From the NCBI GenBank assembly GCA_013265495.1, contig MU058781.1, positions 11,763,009 through 11,827,008 of the forward strand: 64,000 bases of DNA, in the 5' to 3' direction. Source of the DNA: Vicugna vicugna. Taxonomy: Eukaryota. The notes under the pieces are model-generated. The model did no database searches and had not been told where the DNA came from. It saw only the letters and a program-made list of their open reading frames with translations. Positions within the stretch are counted from its first letter, which is position 1. Every line of letters begins with the position of its first letter. Both the position numbers and the translations under genes were made by a program. Shown piece by piece: positions 40,321 to 51,975 of the stretch.

Positions 40321-40940
40321 ACCTAGTTGTTTCTTAATATTTACACATAATGTTAAGATGATAGCACATTTTACATGTGTTTTCAGAAGAATTTTTACCT
40401 TTATTAAAATCTTCATAACAATCATTGAAGGATGCATGGTTGTACTTTAAAATTTTTGCAATATTAAAAAAAATCTATTGTTAAATGCAACCCTTATTAA
40501 ATTGTAATCAGGATGGAAAAAAGGGTTAATGAAAAACTACATAAGACAGAAAAAAGGTCAGACTGCTGAAGAGTCAACACTTTAGAAATGAGGGTTTGGG
40601 TTACCCAAGGCGGTAACGAGTCTTGGCCAGCTGAGATCATGGCTGAAGATAACAGAAAACACGCAGTAGTTTTCAGAAGGAGGAAGTTCAAATATCAACT
40701 GTCATTCTCTTTTGGTTTCCTAATACTTCTTGAATTAGTTTTTGATCATTTATATTTTCTAGAAGATACTGCATTTTGTTCAAGTTTTCAAATTTTGGGG
40801 TAAAATCATTTATAGTAATGTCATGGTTTTAAAAATCTGTACTGTATCTGTAGTTACATATGTTTTTCATTCCTAATATTGTTTATTAGTACATCTCAAA
40901 TGTAAAAAGGCAGCTCAAGTAAGAGACACCCTTGTGCTGT

Positions 40941-40958
40941 AGCACCACCTACTGGAAA
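40941..40958 (-). promoter_or_regulatory. Possible CTCF motif in old L1 5'UTR
   Basis: Minus strand tttccagtaggtggtgct fits the CCAGYAGRKGGYRC core. Confidence 0.4.
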
Positions 40959-41413
40959 ACAAAAGAAAGTCCTCTAATTTCTAACCTGTTGCATTATTAG
41001 AATCAAGTTTAAAAAAAGCTTTACCTAAAGAAGAAAGGTGTTGGCTACTTCAAATGTGCCAGCAAAGGAACAACACATCAAGCATGATGAAGAACCACAG
41101 TAACGCTGTGTCACAAAAAGAAAATGACAATCCTTCAGAAGCCAAACTTAAAGTCACGGAATATTGCATTCCATCTGATAGAGAATCCCAAATCGCTGTC
41201 GTGAAGAAACTCAGCAAACTACAAGAAAACTCAGAAAGGCAGTTCAATGAATAAAATTAATGAACAGAAGCAATACTTTACCAAAGTGATTAAAACTCTG
41301 AAAAAGAACCAAACAGAAATCCTGGGTCTGAAGAACTCAATGAACAAGATGAAAAATGCATTAGAAAGACAACATGGAAGAGAGAATTAGTGAGTTTTAA
41401 AGTAGAAATCTAG

Positions 41414-41640
41414 GGTGGAGGGTGGGAAGGGATAGACGGGATTTCAAAATTATAGAATAGATAAACAGGATTATACTGTATAGCACAGGGAGATATACAC
41501 AAGATCTTATGGGAGCTCACAGAGAAAAAATGTGACAATGAATATATATATATGTTCATGTATGACTGAAAAATTGTGCTCTACACTGGAATTTGCCACA
41601 TCATTGTAAAATGATTATAAATCAATAAAAATGTTAAAAT
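41414..41640 (+). mobile_element. 5'-truncated young L1 3' end nested in older L1 ORF1
   Basis: Perfect 15-bp TSD aaagtagaaatctag at 41399-41413 and 41641-41655; AATAAA at 41624-41629. Confidence 0.93.
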
Positions 41641-44039
41641 AAAGTAGAAATCTAGAAATGATACAGGTAGAAGAGGAAAGACAATTAAGATCTTAAAAAA
41701 TGAGGAAATTCTATGGGAACCCTCCAACTTTTTAAGGAAGGGCAACATTAGGATAATAGGTATCCCAGAAGGAGAAGAGAGGGAGAAGGATACAGAGAGT
41801 TTATTTAAAGAAATAATAGCTGAGAACTTCCCAAACCAGAAGGAACTAGACATACAGCCCGTGAAGCTAAGAAAACGCCTAATTACCTCAATACAAAAAG
41901 ACCTCTCTGAGACACATTATATTAAAACTGACAAAAGCCAATGACAATGAGAGAATCTTAAAGGCAGCCAGGGGAAAGGATGGTAACCCTACAAAGGAAG
42001 CCCCATTAGGCTATCAGCAGATTTCTTAGCAGAAAGTCTACAGAGTGAAATGATATTCTCAAAATACTGAAAGAGAAAAACTATCAAACAAGCATACTCT
42101 ATTTAGCAAAGTTAACATTCAGATATTAAGGAGAAATAAAGACTTTCCCAGACAAACAGAAGTTGAGGAAGTTCACCAACAGTAGGCCTGCCTTATAAGA
42201 GATGTTGAAAGGGACTCTTCTACCAAAAACAAGACAAAAGTACACAAAACTCTGAGTAAAGTGATAGACAGAATTAGAAAATTGCAGCTCTGTGCAAGAG
42301 GGGAGCAGACCCAGTGACTTGGAGACACCAGCAGGATTAGCTGAAGACAAGGTGGAAGGTGACCAGAGATGGCCCTTGTGGAAGAGCAGGGTTGAAAAGT
42401 TTCAGGAGCAGTAAGATCTGAGAACCAATTCAGTGCTTTATAGACTTTCCTGTCTGCACTGTGGTTCTTTTTTTTTTTTTTTTATGTCTTCAGTACACGT
42501 TAAATACTACAGGGATTCTTTGGGGTGATGAAAAAAGGAGCTAGTGACCATAAGACAGACAAACTGGCCTGGAGAAAGCTGTAATAGCAAGGAAAGCAGT
42601 TATTCATTAATAACTGTATATGAAAATAAAGGGAGCAGACTCTCCTGGTCATATCCGTCACATGCATGAGCTCTGAACTCCCTCGCCACTGATTAAAATT
42701 TCAAGACCAGCAGGTCCCCAAACTCATGCAGAGACCCAGGAGTCAGACCCAACTGTGAAGCCACACACCAGTGGTGGTTAGGTGACTAAGTCAAACAAGT
42801 TCTAGAAGGAAGGAAGGGGTATTCCAAATAAAGAGCAAAAGAAATGATTGGTATTTATGAAGTCAGATAAAACAGCTGGCATCTCAAATCCCATTCTAAA
42901 TGAAAGACTGTAGGAGGTTTGAAAAGTGGGGTTAGAGCAACATCAGAAACGTCAGATATCAGCTTGAGGTTAACTGAGCATATCCAGTTTGGTATCCATG
43001 GGCCACCACGTTCAGAGTAAATAAACGATATCATTCATCCCACTGAGTCTTTTTATTAAACAGAAAACACAAGAAGAGTGGGTCAAATATTGAGCCAGTT
43101 TTGGGTGACATTTGAATTGTATTTCTGAACTTAAGGAAATCAATGTCAGAGGATCATATCCAACAAGATGCATCTGGATGCATCTGGATGAAGGTCACCG
43201 TGGACAGACTTTAGAAGATGACACCCCAAATTCACTTAAAGGAACTTTCAGAAGTTCAAAGATACTTATTAAGTGGAAATTAAAGTTTCCTGGGAGTATT
43301 GCTTAGGACCCTGAGAATACAAAGAGCCTATCATTCCCATGTACCCAGGAAGAGGAACAGGGGAGAAGGTGGGAGCAGCCATGTGAGGTGAGAAGTGGAA
43401 AAAATACCTCTGAAGCTGTGTGGATATTCCCTGAGAACCCAAGGGCTTGTTGTCACTCAGAATGGGGGCCTAAATCCTGCATCTCTGAATATTAAAGTAA
43501 GGGGGAAAAAAGTGGCTTTGGAAAGCCTGAAAGCATGGGGACTTAGGTGACCTCTACAGCTGTTATTAGAAATACCAATGACAGAGTAATCATTCCAGAA
43601 CAGACCCACCTGCAGGGTCGGGGAGGATAAACAGACACACATATCCTGGACAGCCAACAGAAGTCCAGGAGCTCGGACCCAGAACCGGACAATTGCTCTG
43701 ACCACATCTAGGGGAGAATGAGTATTCATCACTGGAAGAGCGCTGCATATAATTTGTGATATATACATCCACGCATGAGTTATGTGTTTAGGAAATTGTA
43801 CCTAGTTCTCCTCCCGTAATGTATGTTCAGTTTCTGTCCATGAATGATAGCAAAATAAAATTCATAAAATCCTGAATTAAGGCATTCCCCCCACCCTGGG
43901 GAAATGTGAACAAGGACCCCCTCAGCTGTCAGCAATCCAGATTCTAGTGCCTAGAATGTGCAGCATAAACCCGCTGAAGCGCCAGCTGCCTGAATCAGAA
44001 TCATCTGGGGACCTTGCTAGAAACAAATCTTTTAAAATA

Positions 44040-44360
44040 TATTTATTTTTATTGAAGTACAGTTGATTTACACTGTGTGTTTCAGGTGTAAAGCAAAGTG
44101 ATTCAGTTACACATATTCACATATATTCTTTTTCAGATTCTTTCTTGTTATAGGTTATTACAAGATATTGAATATAGTTCCCTGTGCTATACAGTAGGTC
44201 CTTATTATTTATCTATTTTATATCTAGTAATGTGTATATGTTAATCCCGAACTCCTAATTTATCCTTACCTCCTGGGGAAGAGGGATGCCTTTTAGGAAG
44301 GTTACCCCTTTCCGCTTTGGTAACCACAGTTTGTTTTCTATGTCTGTGAGTCTATTTCTG
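44040..44360 (-). mobile_element. LINE-1 3'UTR fragment inserted in a MER5A-like DNA transposon remnant
   Basis: ttttattgaagtacagttgattta...ggtaaccacagtttgttttctatgtctgtgagtcta; flanks show MER5A-like atcagaatcatctgggga and actgaatctggg...ctcccaggtg. Confidence 0.8.
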
Positions 44361-45216
44361 GAGAAACACACATCATTAGGACCCATCCCAGAGCCACTGA
44401 ATCTGGGTTTAAGGATTCGCCTTAGGCAACTCCCAGGTGGTTGTGAAACAAACAATCATGGGTGGAGCTTACGTTCCATAAGTAGTAGCTGAAGGCATCC
44501 CCTCTAAGGAGGATCTGGATTCCTGACCTTTCTAAAAACGGTTGGGCAGGAGCTTCCACCCTACATCCTGCCCTAGGGGCTCCAAGAGCCTCAGAGCTGA
44601 CCTTTGAGGACCAAATGACACTGACCCTCTTGAGCCAGACCTAGGATTTTCCCAAATAGTTGAGAGAAAGAGGGCTTCCACCAGCACCTGTGGGATAGGC
44701 AGATGGAGCTCCGTTCTCTGGATTTTAACCACCGCCCACTCCCCGCCAAGGAACTCTGTGCACAGGTTGGTAAGGAAACTGGCCTGCCCACCCCACGGTC
44801 CTGCAGGATGGGAATTCCCTCTGAGACCCTAAACACCCCTCCAGGTTTATGACTGAAAATAATGGAGGACAGAAGGAGCTACTTCAAATGCCAGGGAACA
44901 AGGTTTGCTCTGAGGTTTGCTTTTTAATATGGATGTAGCAGGAACATCTAACTAATTGCCTTTTCTGTGTCCTTGAGGGAGCCGCTGGGCTGCACTGCCA
45001 AACATCTGAAACCTCACACATGTGTTTTTATAGTAAAGGAGATCTCTTAGTTAAAAATAAACAATAATAATATGCCAACGTTAGTTTCTTAGTTCTGATA
45101 AATACACCATGGTAATAGAAGTTCTTAACAATGAGGGGAAATGGGTAAGGGGTATATGGGAACCTTCGTCCTTTGCAATTTTAAATTTGAGATTTTTCTA
45201 AAATAGAAGTTTGTTG

Positions 45217-45871
45217 AGGGAGGGTATAACTCAGTGGTAGAGTGTGTGCTTAGCATGCACAAGGTACTGGGTTCAATACCCAGTACCTCTGTTACGGAAA
45301 TGACAGGCCAGCCAAGAAACAAGCACCACTCGGAGGGTTGGAGTACTCAGATTTATTACGCCGGCGGGCTCAGAGGGGCTTCTGCTCCGAAGCTCTGAGC
45401 ACCTCCAAGACGTGCACATGAGGTTTTATAGGGTTAATTACAAGTATGGGGCTATTAGCCAATAAGGTTCAAACAACAAAAAGCAAGGAATCAGTACACT
45501 GGAGCTTATCAATTTGGAACAGATCACGTTACTGACACTTGTTGAGCTTGGATTTACGAGTTAGCTTGTTAGCCCAGTAAACTGACACTAAACTTTAGAT
45601 TTACAAGTTAGCCCGGCAGAACTTATATCAGTAAACCGACACTTATCACACTTAGATTTGTGACTGAGCTCGTTAGCCCAATAGACTGACACTAAACTTC
45701 AGATTTATGAGTTAGCCCAGCAGAACTCAGATCAGTAATCCGACACTTGTTGCACTTAGATTTGTGACTTAGCTTGTTAGCCCAGCTGGGCTTTCCCTTC
45801 ACACCTCCATTAAAAAATAAGTAAGAACTTAATTACCTTCCCTCCCCCAACCAAAAAAAAAAAGAAAAAAA
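45217..45871 (+). mobile_element. tRNA-Ala-derived SINE split by an LTR insertion
   Basis: Head 45217-45289 ends cagtacctc; resumes cctccattaaaaaataa...aattaccttccctccc at 45804. Confidence 0.92.
45290..45803 (-). mobile_element. Solo ERV LTR, 514 bp (class I-like by 4-bp TSD)
   Basis: TGT...ACA termini; TSD cctc at 45286-45289 and 45804-45807; on the minus strand, U3 tandem repeats, CCAAT-type box (45459-45463), TATAAAA (~45424-45430) and AATAAA (45352-45357) in canonical order. Confidence 0.92.
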
Positions 45872-45881
45872 TCTTATTTCT

Positions 45882-46170
45882 GGGGGAGGATATAACACAG
45901 TGGTAGAGCACATGCTTAGCAAGCAAGAGGTCCTGGGTTCAATCACTGGTACCTCTGTTATAAATACTTACATGTATATATATATATTAAAAAAAACCTA
46001 ATTACCTACCCCACCAAAAAAATTTTTTTAAAAAGTGGGGAGGGTATAGCTCAAGTGGTAGAGAGCACACTTAGTATATATGAGGTCCTGGGTTCAACCC
46101 CCAGTCCTTCCTGTAAGAATAAATAAACAAATAAACCTATTTACCTCCCTCCATCAAAAAAAAAAAAAAA
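45882..46170 (+). mobile_element. Two further tandem tRNA-Ala-derived SINEs (45882-46022, 46037-46170)
   Basis: Each has the tRNA-like head, cctaattacct tail motif and A-tract. Confidence 0.9.
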
Positions 46171-46599
46171 GGTTTGTTAAAAGTAAGTAGACAAATGGAA
46201 ACCATGTGCTAGCACCTGTAGGGCCCAGGTGGGTTTGTCTCAGATCCTGCCCCTTCCCCAGGGTCTTGCCTCTCAGCTCCCATGATCTGAGGAGTCTCAT
46301 TCCACCATCACTCAGCATGGTGTCTCAGCCCCGGCTTTCCTTTCTAGTGGGGTGAGTGGTACTTTTCATATGTAGTCTCTACTTAATCCTTCGCACCAGC
46401 CCATCCAAGCCGTGCTGGCTGTTTCTTCCAGTCCTGCACCTCCAGCCCCACCCCTGGGAAACAACTGTTTTATTTCCATCTAGTTAAAACCATAGGTTGA
46501 AATGATGTGGAATTAATTTGCCTCTAAGATTCAGAGAAATCTGAAATGTGTTTCCTCTCTATTAATGTTCTTTGTGTCGCTGCCTCCTGTAAGAATCAC

Positions 46600-46903
46600 G
46601 CGACGGCGAATACTTAGCCTGTATGAGGTCCTGGGTTCAATCACCAGTGCCTCCATTAGAAAAAACTAGGTAAGTTAGTAAGTTAATTAATTAATAAACC
46701 TAATTACCTTCCCCCTTCAAAAAGTAAATGAAAAAATAAATCTATAAAAAACCTTATAAAAAAAGAATCCCACGAAGGGAAGGGTAGAGCTCAGTGGCAA
46801 GAGTGCATGCTTAGTGTGCACAAGGTCCTGGGTTCAATTGCCAGTGCCTCTGTCACAATAGATAAATAAACCTAATTCCTCCCCCCCATAAAAAAAACAA
46901 AAG
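46600..46903 (+). mobile_element. Two tandem tRNA-Ala-derived SINEs (first 5'-degraded; second 46777-46903)
   Basis: gaggtcctgggttcaatcaccagtgcctcca and caaggtcctgggttcaattgccagtgcctc heads with the shared tail motif. Confidence 0.88.
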
Positions 46904-47567
46904 CGAATCACACTAGACACTGGGGGTGAAAAAGGAAATTTGAGGGGCTCATCAGCTTTATTTGAAAAGCTTTATAAGGACACAGTGTCTTTTGTTTTTT
47001 TTGGAGGGTGCGTTTTTTTAATTGTGCTGTTTTAAGACGTAACTATTCAGAGGGACAATTCTGTAAAAAAAATTTGCAGCGAATGTTGGGCTCCTTTAAA
47101 ACTCCCATTTTAGAGAGAATATGAAGGAAGTTGGGGGAAATGTTCTCTTTGTGAGGAACTCTGAACGGAATGCATTGCGTGAGGCCAAGGAAAACTTCAT
47201 TTGGGTAAGATTCTGATTGTATTCTTCCTTATCACGCTGGAGAAGTTGACAACCTATACTTTACTGCTCAAAAAAAAGAAAAGAAAAGGCTTAACTTGTT
47301 CCTGATGCAGCACTCAGGAGTGCCTAAAAGCGCAAGTGGAAAAAAATTTTGCCTGTTTTTCTTTGGAAACTGTTAACCCATTGTTTATTTGGAACCAGTC
47401 TATGGGGTCATGCAGGATCCAGGAACACCAGTGCTGACCAGTTGTGGATCCAATACGTTAAGCACACAATGCTAAGAACTTGAGCTTGCCTTGAGATTGA
47501 CAAGTCTTGGCCCCTGCAATGTTCCCTCTAGAAGCATGGCATGTATTAAAATACCTTCAGTATGAGG

Positions 47568-47800
47568 CAGCAGTCCTCAGCTGAAGGTAATTTTGACTCC
47601 CCGCTCCACTCCCGCAGACATGTGGTCATGTCTGGAGGCAATTTTGGTTGTCACAACTGCAGGTGGGGGTGGGGATCAGGAAGCTGCTGGCATCCAGTGG
47701 GTAGAGGCCGGGGTGCTGCTAAACATCCTACCGTGCACAGGACAGCCTGTGCAAAGGAGCTTCCCACCTGAAATGTCAATAGTGCCAAGGCAGAGCAACT
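47568..47800. mobile_element. MER20-like hAT-Charlie DNA transposon
   Basis: tgtctggaggcaattttggttgtcacaactg...ctggcatccagtgggtagaggcc...gctgctaaacatcctac...gcacaggacagcc...aatgtcaatagtgccaagg. Confidence 0.88.
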
Positions 47801-48879
47801 CTTTTAGGTTTCTTCAAAACTGGGAAAACATTATCATTACATTGTGACATAATTAGTGTAGTGTTCTAAGTCGGGTACAAGTCATGTGTGGTCCAATTGG
47901 GGTAATCAGAGAACATTCCAAGCCTTCAAGTGGGTTTTCTGTGGTCCAGGGTATCTCAACTTCTCCCGAGTCTTAGGGGTCATCTAGAGTCCCTAAATAC
48001 TGTATTTCTGTATTTCAGTGAAAAAGTAGCTGGTGAAAATCTTTGCCTGGCCAAGTAATTCGATAGCTCTAGGTCTCAGTTTTCTCCGCTGGAAAGTGAG
48101 AGGATTCATTCAGAAGCCCCAGGCTCCCTCCTGGCTGTGAGTTAACTGACAGTTCTCACCCTGGCTCTCCACGTGGTAACCCCAAACCCCAAAAAACACG
48201 ATTCTCTGTCTTCTGTGGTTAAATGATTCCTGTGAGTGTCTGTCTCCCCCAACATGCATGGAAATGCAGCATTTTGCTTATAATTCCTGGGGATCCAGAT
48301 GTCCCCTGAAAGCCCCACAAGGATACATGGGTTCCAGACTAAAATTTTTTTGTTCAAATTTTCCCGAGCAACAAAATCTTGTGCTGGGTCTATCAGAGCT
48401 CTTGGAACCTGACCCAGCTGTGTTTCCAAAACTATCAAGCTCTTTCCCACATGCCACCCTCCTCTGTCTCTTGTTTTTCTATCATGGAATTGTGTTTTCT
48501 TTTGCTACTGCTGTTTCGCCAAAATCATTTTAGCTAATCTCCTGACCTTGCCAAAGTCCAACTCATGTAGCAGCTGTTCTAACCTACAGAGCAGCTGGCT
48601 CTCACCACTTGCTCTAAATCCTAGAGAATGTTTCTGATAGGTTCCCTTAAGCTAAGGGAACTGCCAGTGAGTGTGTCCCTGAAGCCCTAGGGGCGAGGAT
48701 CCCTGCTTGAAGGTGCTGAAGAAAGACCACTAGGGAAGGCTGCTGTAAGGCAGCAGAGTGCAAAAAAATTACATCAGGTGCACAAAAAATGGCCTGATTC
48801 TACCCAGAAGAGAGGTGCCAAGCTGTGAACAGGACCTGAAGACCTAGAAATAGCAACTCAGTAAGGTCGCCACGGGTGA

Positions 48880-49060
48880 CTATTAAAGACTTGAAATGAG
48901 GCTAGTCCAGCCTGAGATGTGCTGTCAGTGTGAAATACCACCAGATTCTGGCTACTTAGCACAAAACAGAAATATAAATATTTCATTAATAACTTTATAT
49001 TGATTACACGTTGAAATGATGATATGTGGGTGGATTAGGCTAGGCTCTAAGATGTGGAAT
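48880..49060. mobile_element. MER3-like DNA transposon fragment
   Basis: cttgaaatgaggctagtccagcctgagatgtgctgtcagtgtgaaatac...tttatattgattacacgttgaaatgat. Confidence 0.7.
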
Positions 49061-49098
49061 ATAATTTTAATAGTTTAGTACATGGTCCCTTAATGGGT

Positions 49099-49458
49099 AC
49101 TATAGATCGAATATTTGTGGCCCCCTCAAAATTCATACATTGAAACCTGCTGCCTAATGTATGGTATTAGGAGGTGTGGCCTTTGGGAGGTGCTTAGGTC
49201 ATGAGGGTGGAGTCCTCATGCATGAGATTCATACTCTTATAAGAGACCCCACAGAGCTCCCTAGCCCCTTCTACTATGTGAAGACACAGCAAAAAGACAG
49301 CCATCTGTGAAGAAATGGGCTCTCACCAGACACCAAATCTGCCAGTGCCTTGATCCTGGACTTCCCAGACTCCAGAACCATGAGCAATAAATTCCTGCTG
49401 TCTGTAAGCCACCCAGATTATAGTATTTTTGTTATAGCAGCCCACATGGACTAAGACA
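49099..49458 (+). mobile_element. MaLR LTR (MLT1A/MST-like)
   Basis: ccccctcaaaattcatacattgaaacc...caccagacaccaaatctgccagtgccttgatcctggacttcccag...gttatagcagcccacatggactaagaca. Confidence 0.9.
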
Positions 49459-49699
49459 ACGGGATTACCAGTGCTGATGCTACAACCATAAGCCCTGCAT
49501 CAGATCCCACTGGGATGTTGGTGACCAAGTAGCAATCATTGCAGGGAAACTCAAATACACATTTATTATTAGCCTTGGTGGCCCCAGCAATTCACTCTCA
49601 GTGGTGGAATATCCAGGCCAAGACTCTAGGATTCTCAGCAAAGAATGAGACCGGTGTCCTTGGGAATGCCTGACTTCCCTACTGACTTGCCTGCAAGGA

Positions 49700-50500
49700 A
49701 TTTTATAAGGAGATACCTTGAGGGTACGTAAATATCAAATTTTTACCAACAATTTTAGCATTCATTGATGCTACGTGGCTCAATTCATTATTACTTCCAT
49801 GATTGCCAAATGGTGAATTTCTAATTCCAGCATTCCTTCAAAGAGAATAATAATCAGCTGGAATTCTACCATAAGGAAAACCTTTTCTTCTCACTCATTT
49901 ATTTATAGCAGTGTGGACTTATGGATTATTAGTTTATTTAATAGATTACAATTTGTTTCTATTATTTATTTTGAAGGTCAAATTGTCCCAGATTTCACCA
50001 GTAAAAGCCGCATTTAAGCTAGCTCTAGTGTCTTTTTTGACATGTCCCCGTCATTCTTGGAGCATTGCCTTACTTTCTGGCAGAAGATGTCCCAAGGATC
50101 ATCTTGTACTTTCCCTGCCCCAGCCATGGAGTCAGCCATTTCCCTATGAAGCCCTGGTTCATTTTAGTAAAGAGTGGGATTTAAATACCAAGATCTGGGC
50201 ATAAGGTGTGTTCATGGCTTTTGGGATTTTGCTGCTGCTCCTAGGACCCCCTCAGTGGAGAGAGCTAAGGAATATGTGTATGTATCTATATAATAAATGA
50301 CTATATATTGACATCTTTATTTCTTTATCTATAGATCCAAATATGTTTTGAAAACCGTATGTTCACACTAACTCCAATTCCAATCCAATAGGTTCATCCT
50401 AGTTTTTTCCCTTTTCATATTTGTAACTTCCTTCTCCCACAGTGCAAAACTTGGCTTCTATTATCTTCGATGTATTTACTTTTTCACTTACCACCTCCAC
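49700..50500 (-). mobile_element. Old L1M (MC/ME-type) 3' region remnant
   Basis: catcttgtactttccctgccccagccatggagtcagccatttccc...gccctggttc motif; related to 19600-20200. Confidence 0.7.
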
Positions 50501-51699
50501 CCCACCCCATACATGACTAATCTCCCATTGGTGCTACCACTACAATCCCGCAGTCTCGTGTGGTCAACCCCCTAAACCCACTTGGGCTCCAACACCTTGG
50601 TCAAGGCCACCGTCACACCCCATCGTGGGTGTTCTCCTCACCCATCATTGGCTCTGATACCCCATACCCAAACATGGATGTTTTCCTCGTGATGGTCTGC
50701 TCCCACCCCTACACAAAGGCCTGCCTCACTCTGCCCTTCCTAATGACTTTGGACTGAATTATTCAGGAAGGCAGGTGTGAATCAACTGAAATATCTTTGA
50801 GACAATTTGGAGTGTAAACTAGCCTGTGGTATAGCTCTTTAGGAAAGCCTACAAAGTTCTTCACCATCTCATCCAGTCTATTAGAGTTGAGTCAGGTGAG
50901 GATGTTGTTAGAATGTGCTCTTAAGGTACAGTGTATACTTTTTTTTACATATTCTTTTTTTTTATTGAAGTTTTATTTCGCAAGAGGAATGCCTCATTGA
51001 GAGTATCACTGTGAAGCAGAATATTCATTTTCACTGATTTATGGCCTCTCTTTATCAAAGTCAACACAATATTTAGTACCAGAGGTAAATTTTTTTTCAA
51101 TGAAATCTCCTAAAATGACCCATAAGTTTAAATCAGAGTAAGGGGTGATGAATCTTGCCAAGAAAGCCCATAATATTATAGAGCAGTTGGATAGAAAAAT
51201 ATCCTTTTTCCAGCATGAGTTTCAATATTGAGGCAACACCATGTCTAATAGAAAAACACTGTGAAAGAGTCTCAAAGCACTAATGAAAAATGGGAAGTGT
51301 TAGGTGGAAAGATATTAGAAAGAAGAATTAGAAATACAAGTGGCAACTCATGGAACTACTTCAAGATAACGTATAAAATCATTTATGGCAGTGGGTGCCC
51401 AGCATATATGTAGACTGAGCAAGAAATACAGACCATGTGTGGATGTGATATCATCCAAAATACACAGAAACTGAATATTTTTAACATTTACTTACTTAAA
51501 CTAAGAGATATAGCATTAAAAATTAATAGTTTAAGGGTTTTTTTCCTGACTATCAAAGTAACATACATTCACTATAGAAAATACAATAGAACACAATGAA
51601 AAAAGTAGCAATGACATATGTATCTACCACTCAGGTTTAACTCTTTATTAATATTTTGTTATATTTCCTTCAGATCATATTATTTGCTTTAAAAAATAG

Positions 51700-51975
51700 A
51701 ATCAAACAACCAGACCTACCACCTTAAAGAATTAGAAAAAGAAGAACAAACAAAACTGAAAGTCAGCAGGAGAGAAATAATAAAGATCAGTGAGGAAATA
51801 AAATAGAGATTACAACAACAACAGACAAAAATCAATAACCCCAAGAGCTGGTTTTTTGAAAGAGTAAACAAAGTTGACAAGCTTCTGGCCAGGCTCACCG
51901 AGAAGAAAACAGAGAAGACCCAAATAAAATATGAAATGAAAAAAGAGAAATCACAACCGATGCCACAGAAATGAA
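51700..51975 (+). mobile_element. Internal L1 ORF2 fragment
   Basis: Encodes a decayed LEKEEQTKLKVSR.EIIKISEEI...[18 protein letters not shown], homologous to the full-length ORF2 linker. Confidence 0.88.

Larger units (their letters stand above)
40900..42300 (+). mobile_element. Older L1 5'UTR end and decayed ORF1, interrupted by a younger L1 3' fragment
   Basis: ORF1-like text (aacattaggataataggtatcccagaaggagaagag; gctgagaacttccca; cccattaggctatcagcagatttc) with stops and frameshifts. Confidence 0.88.
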
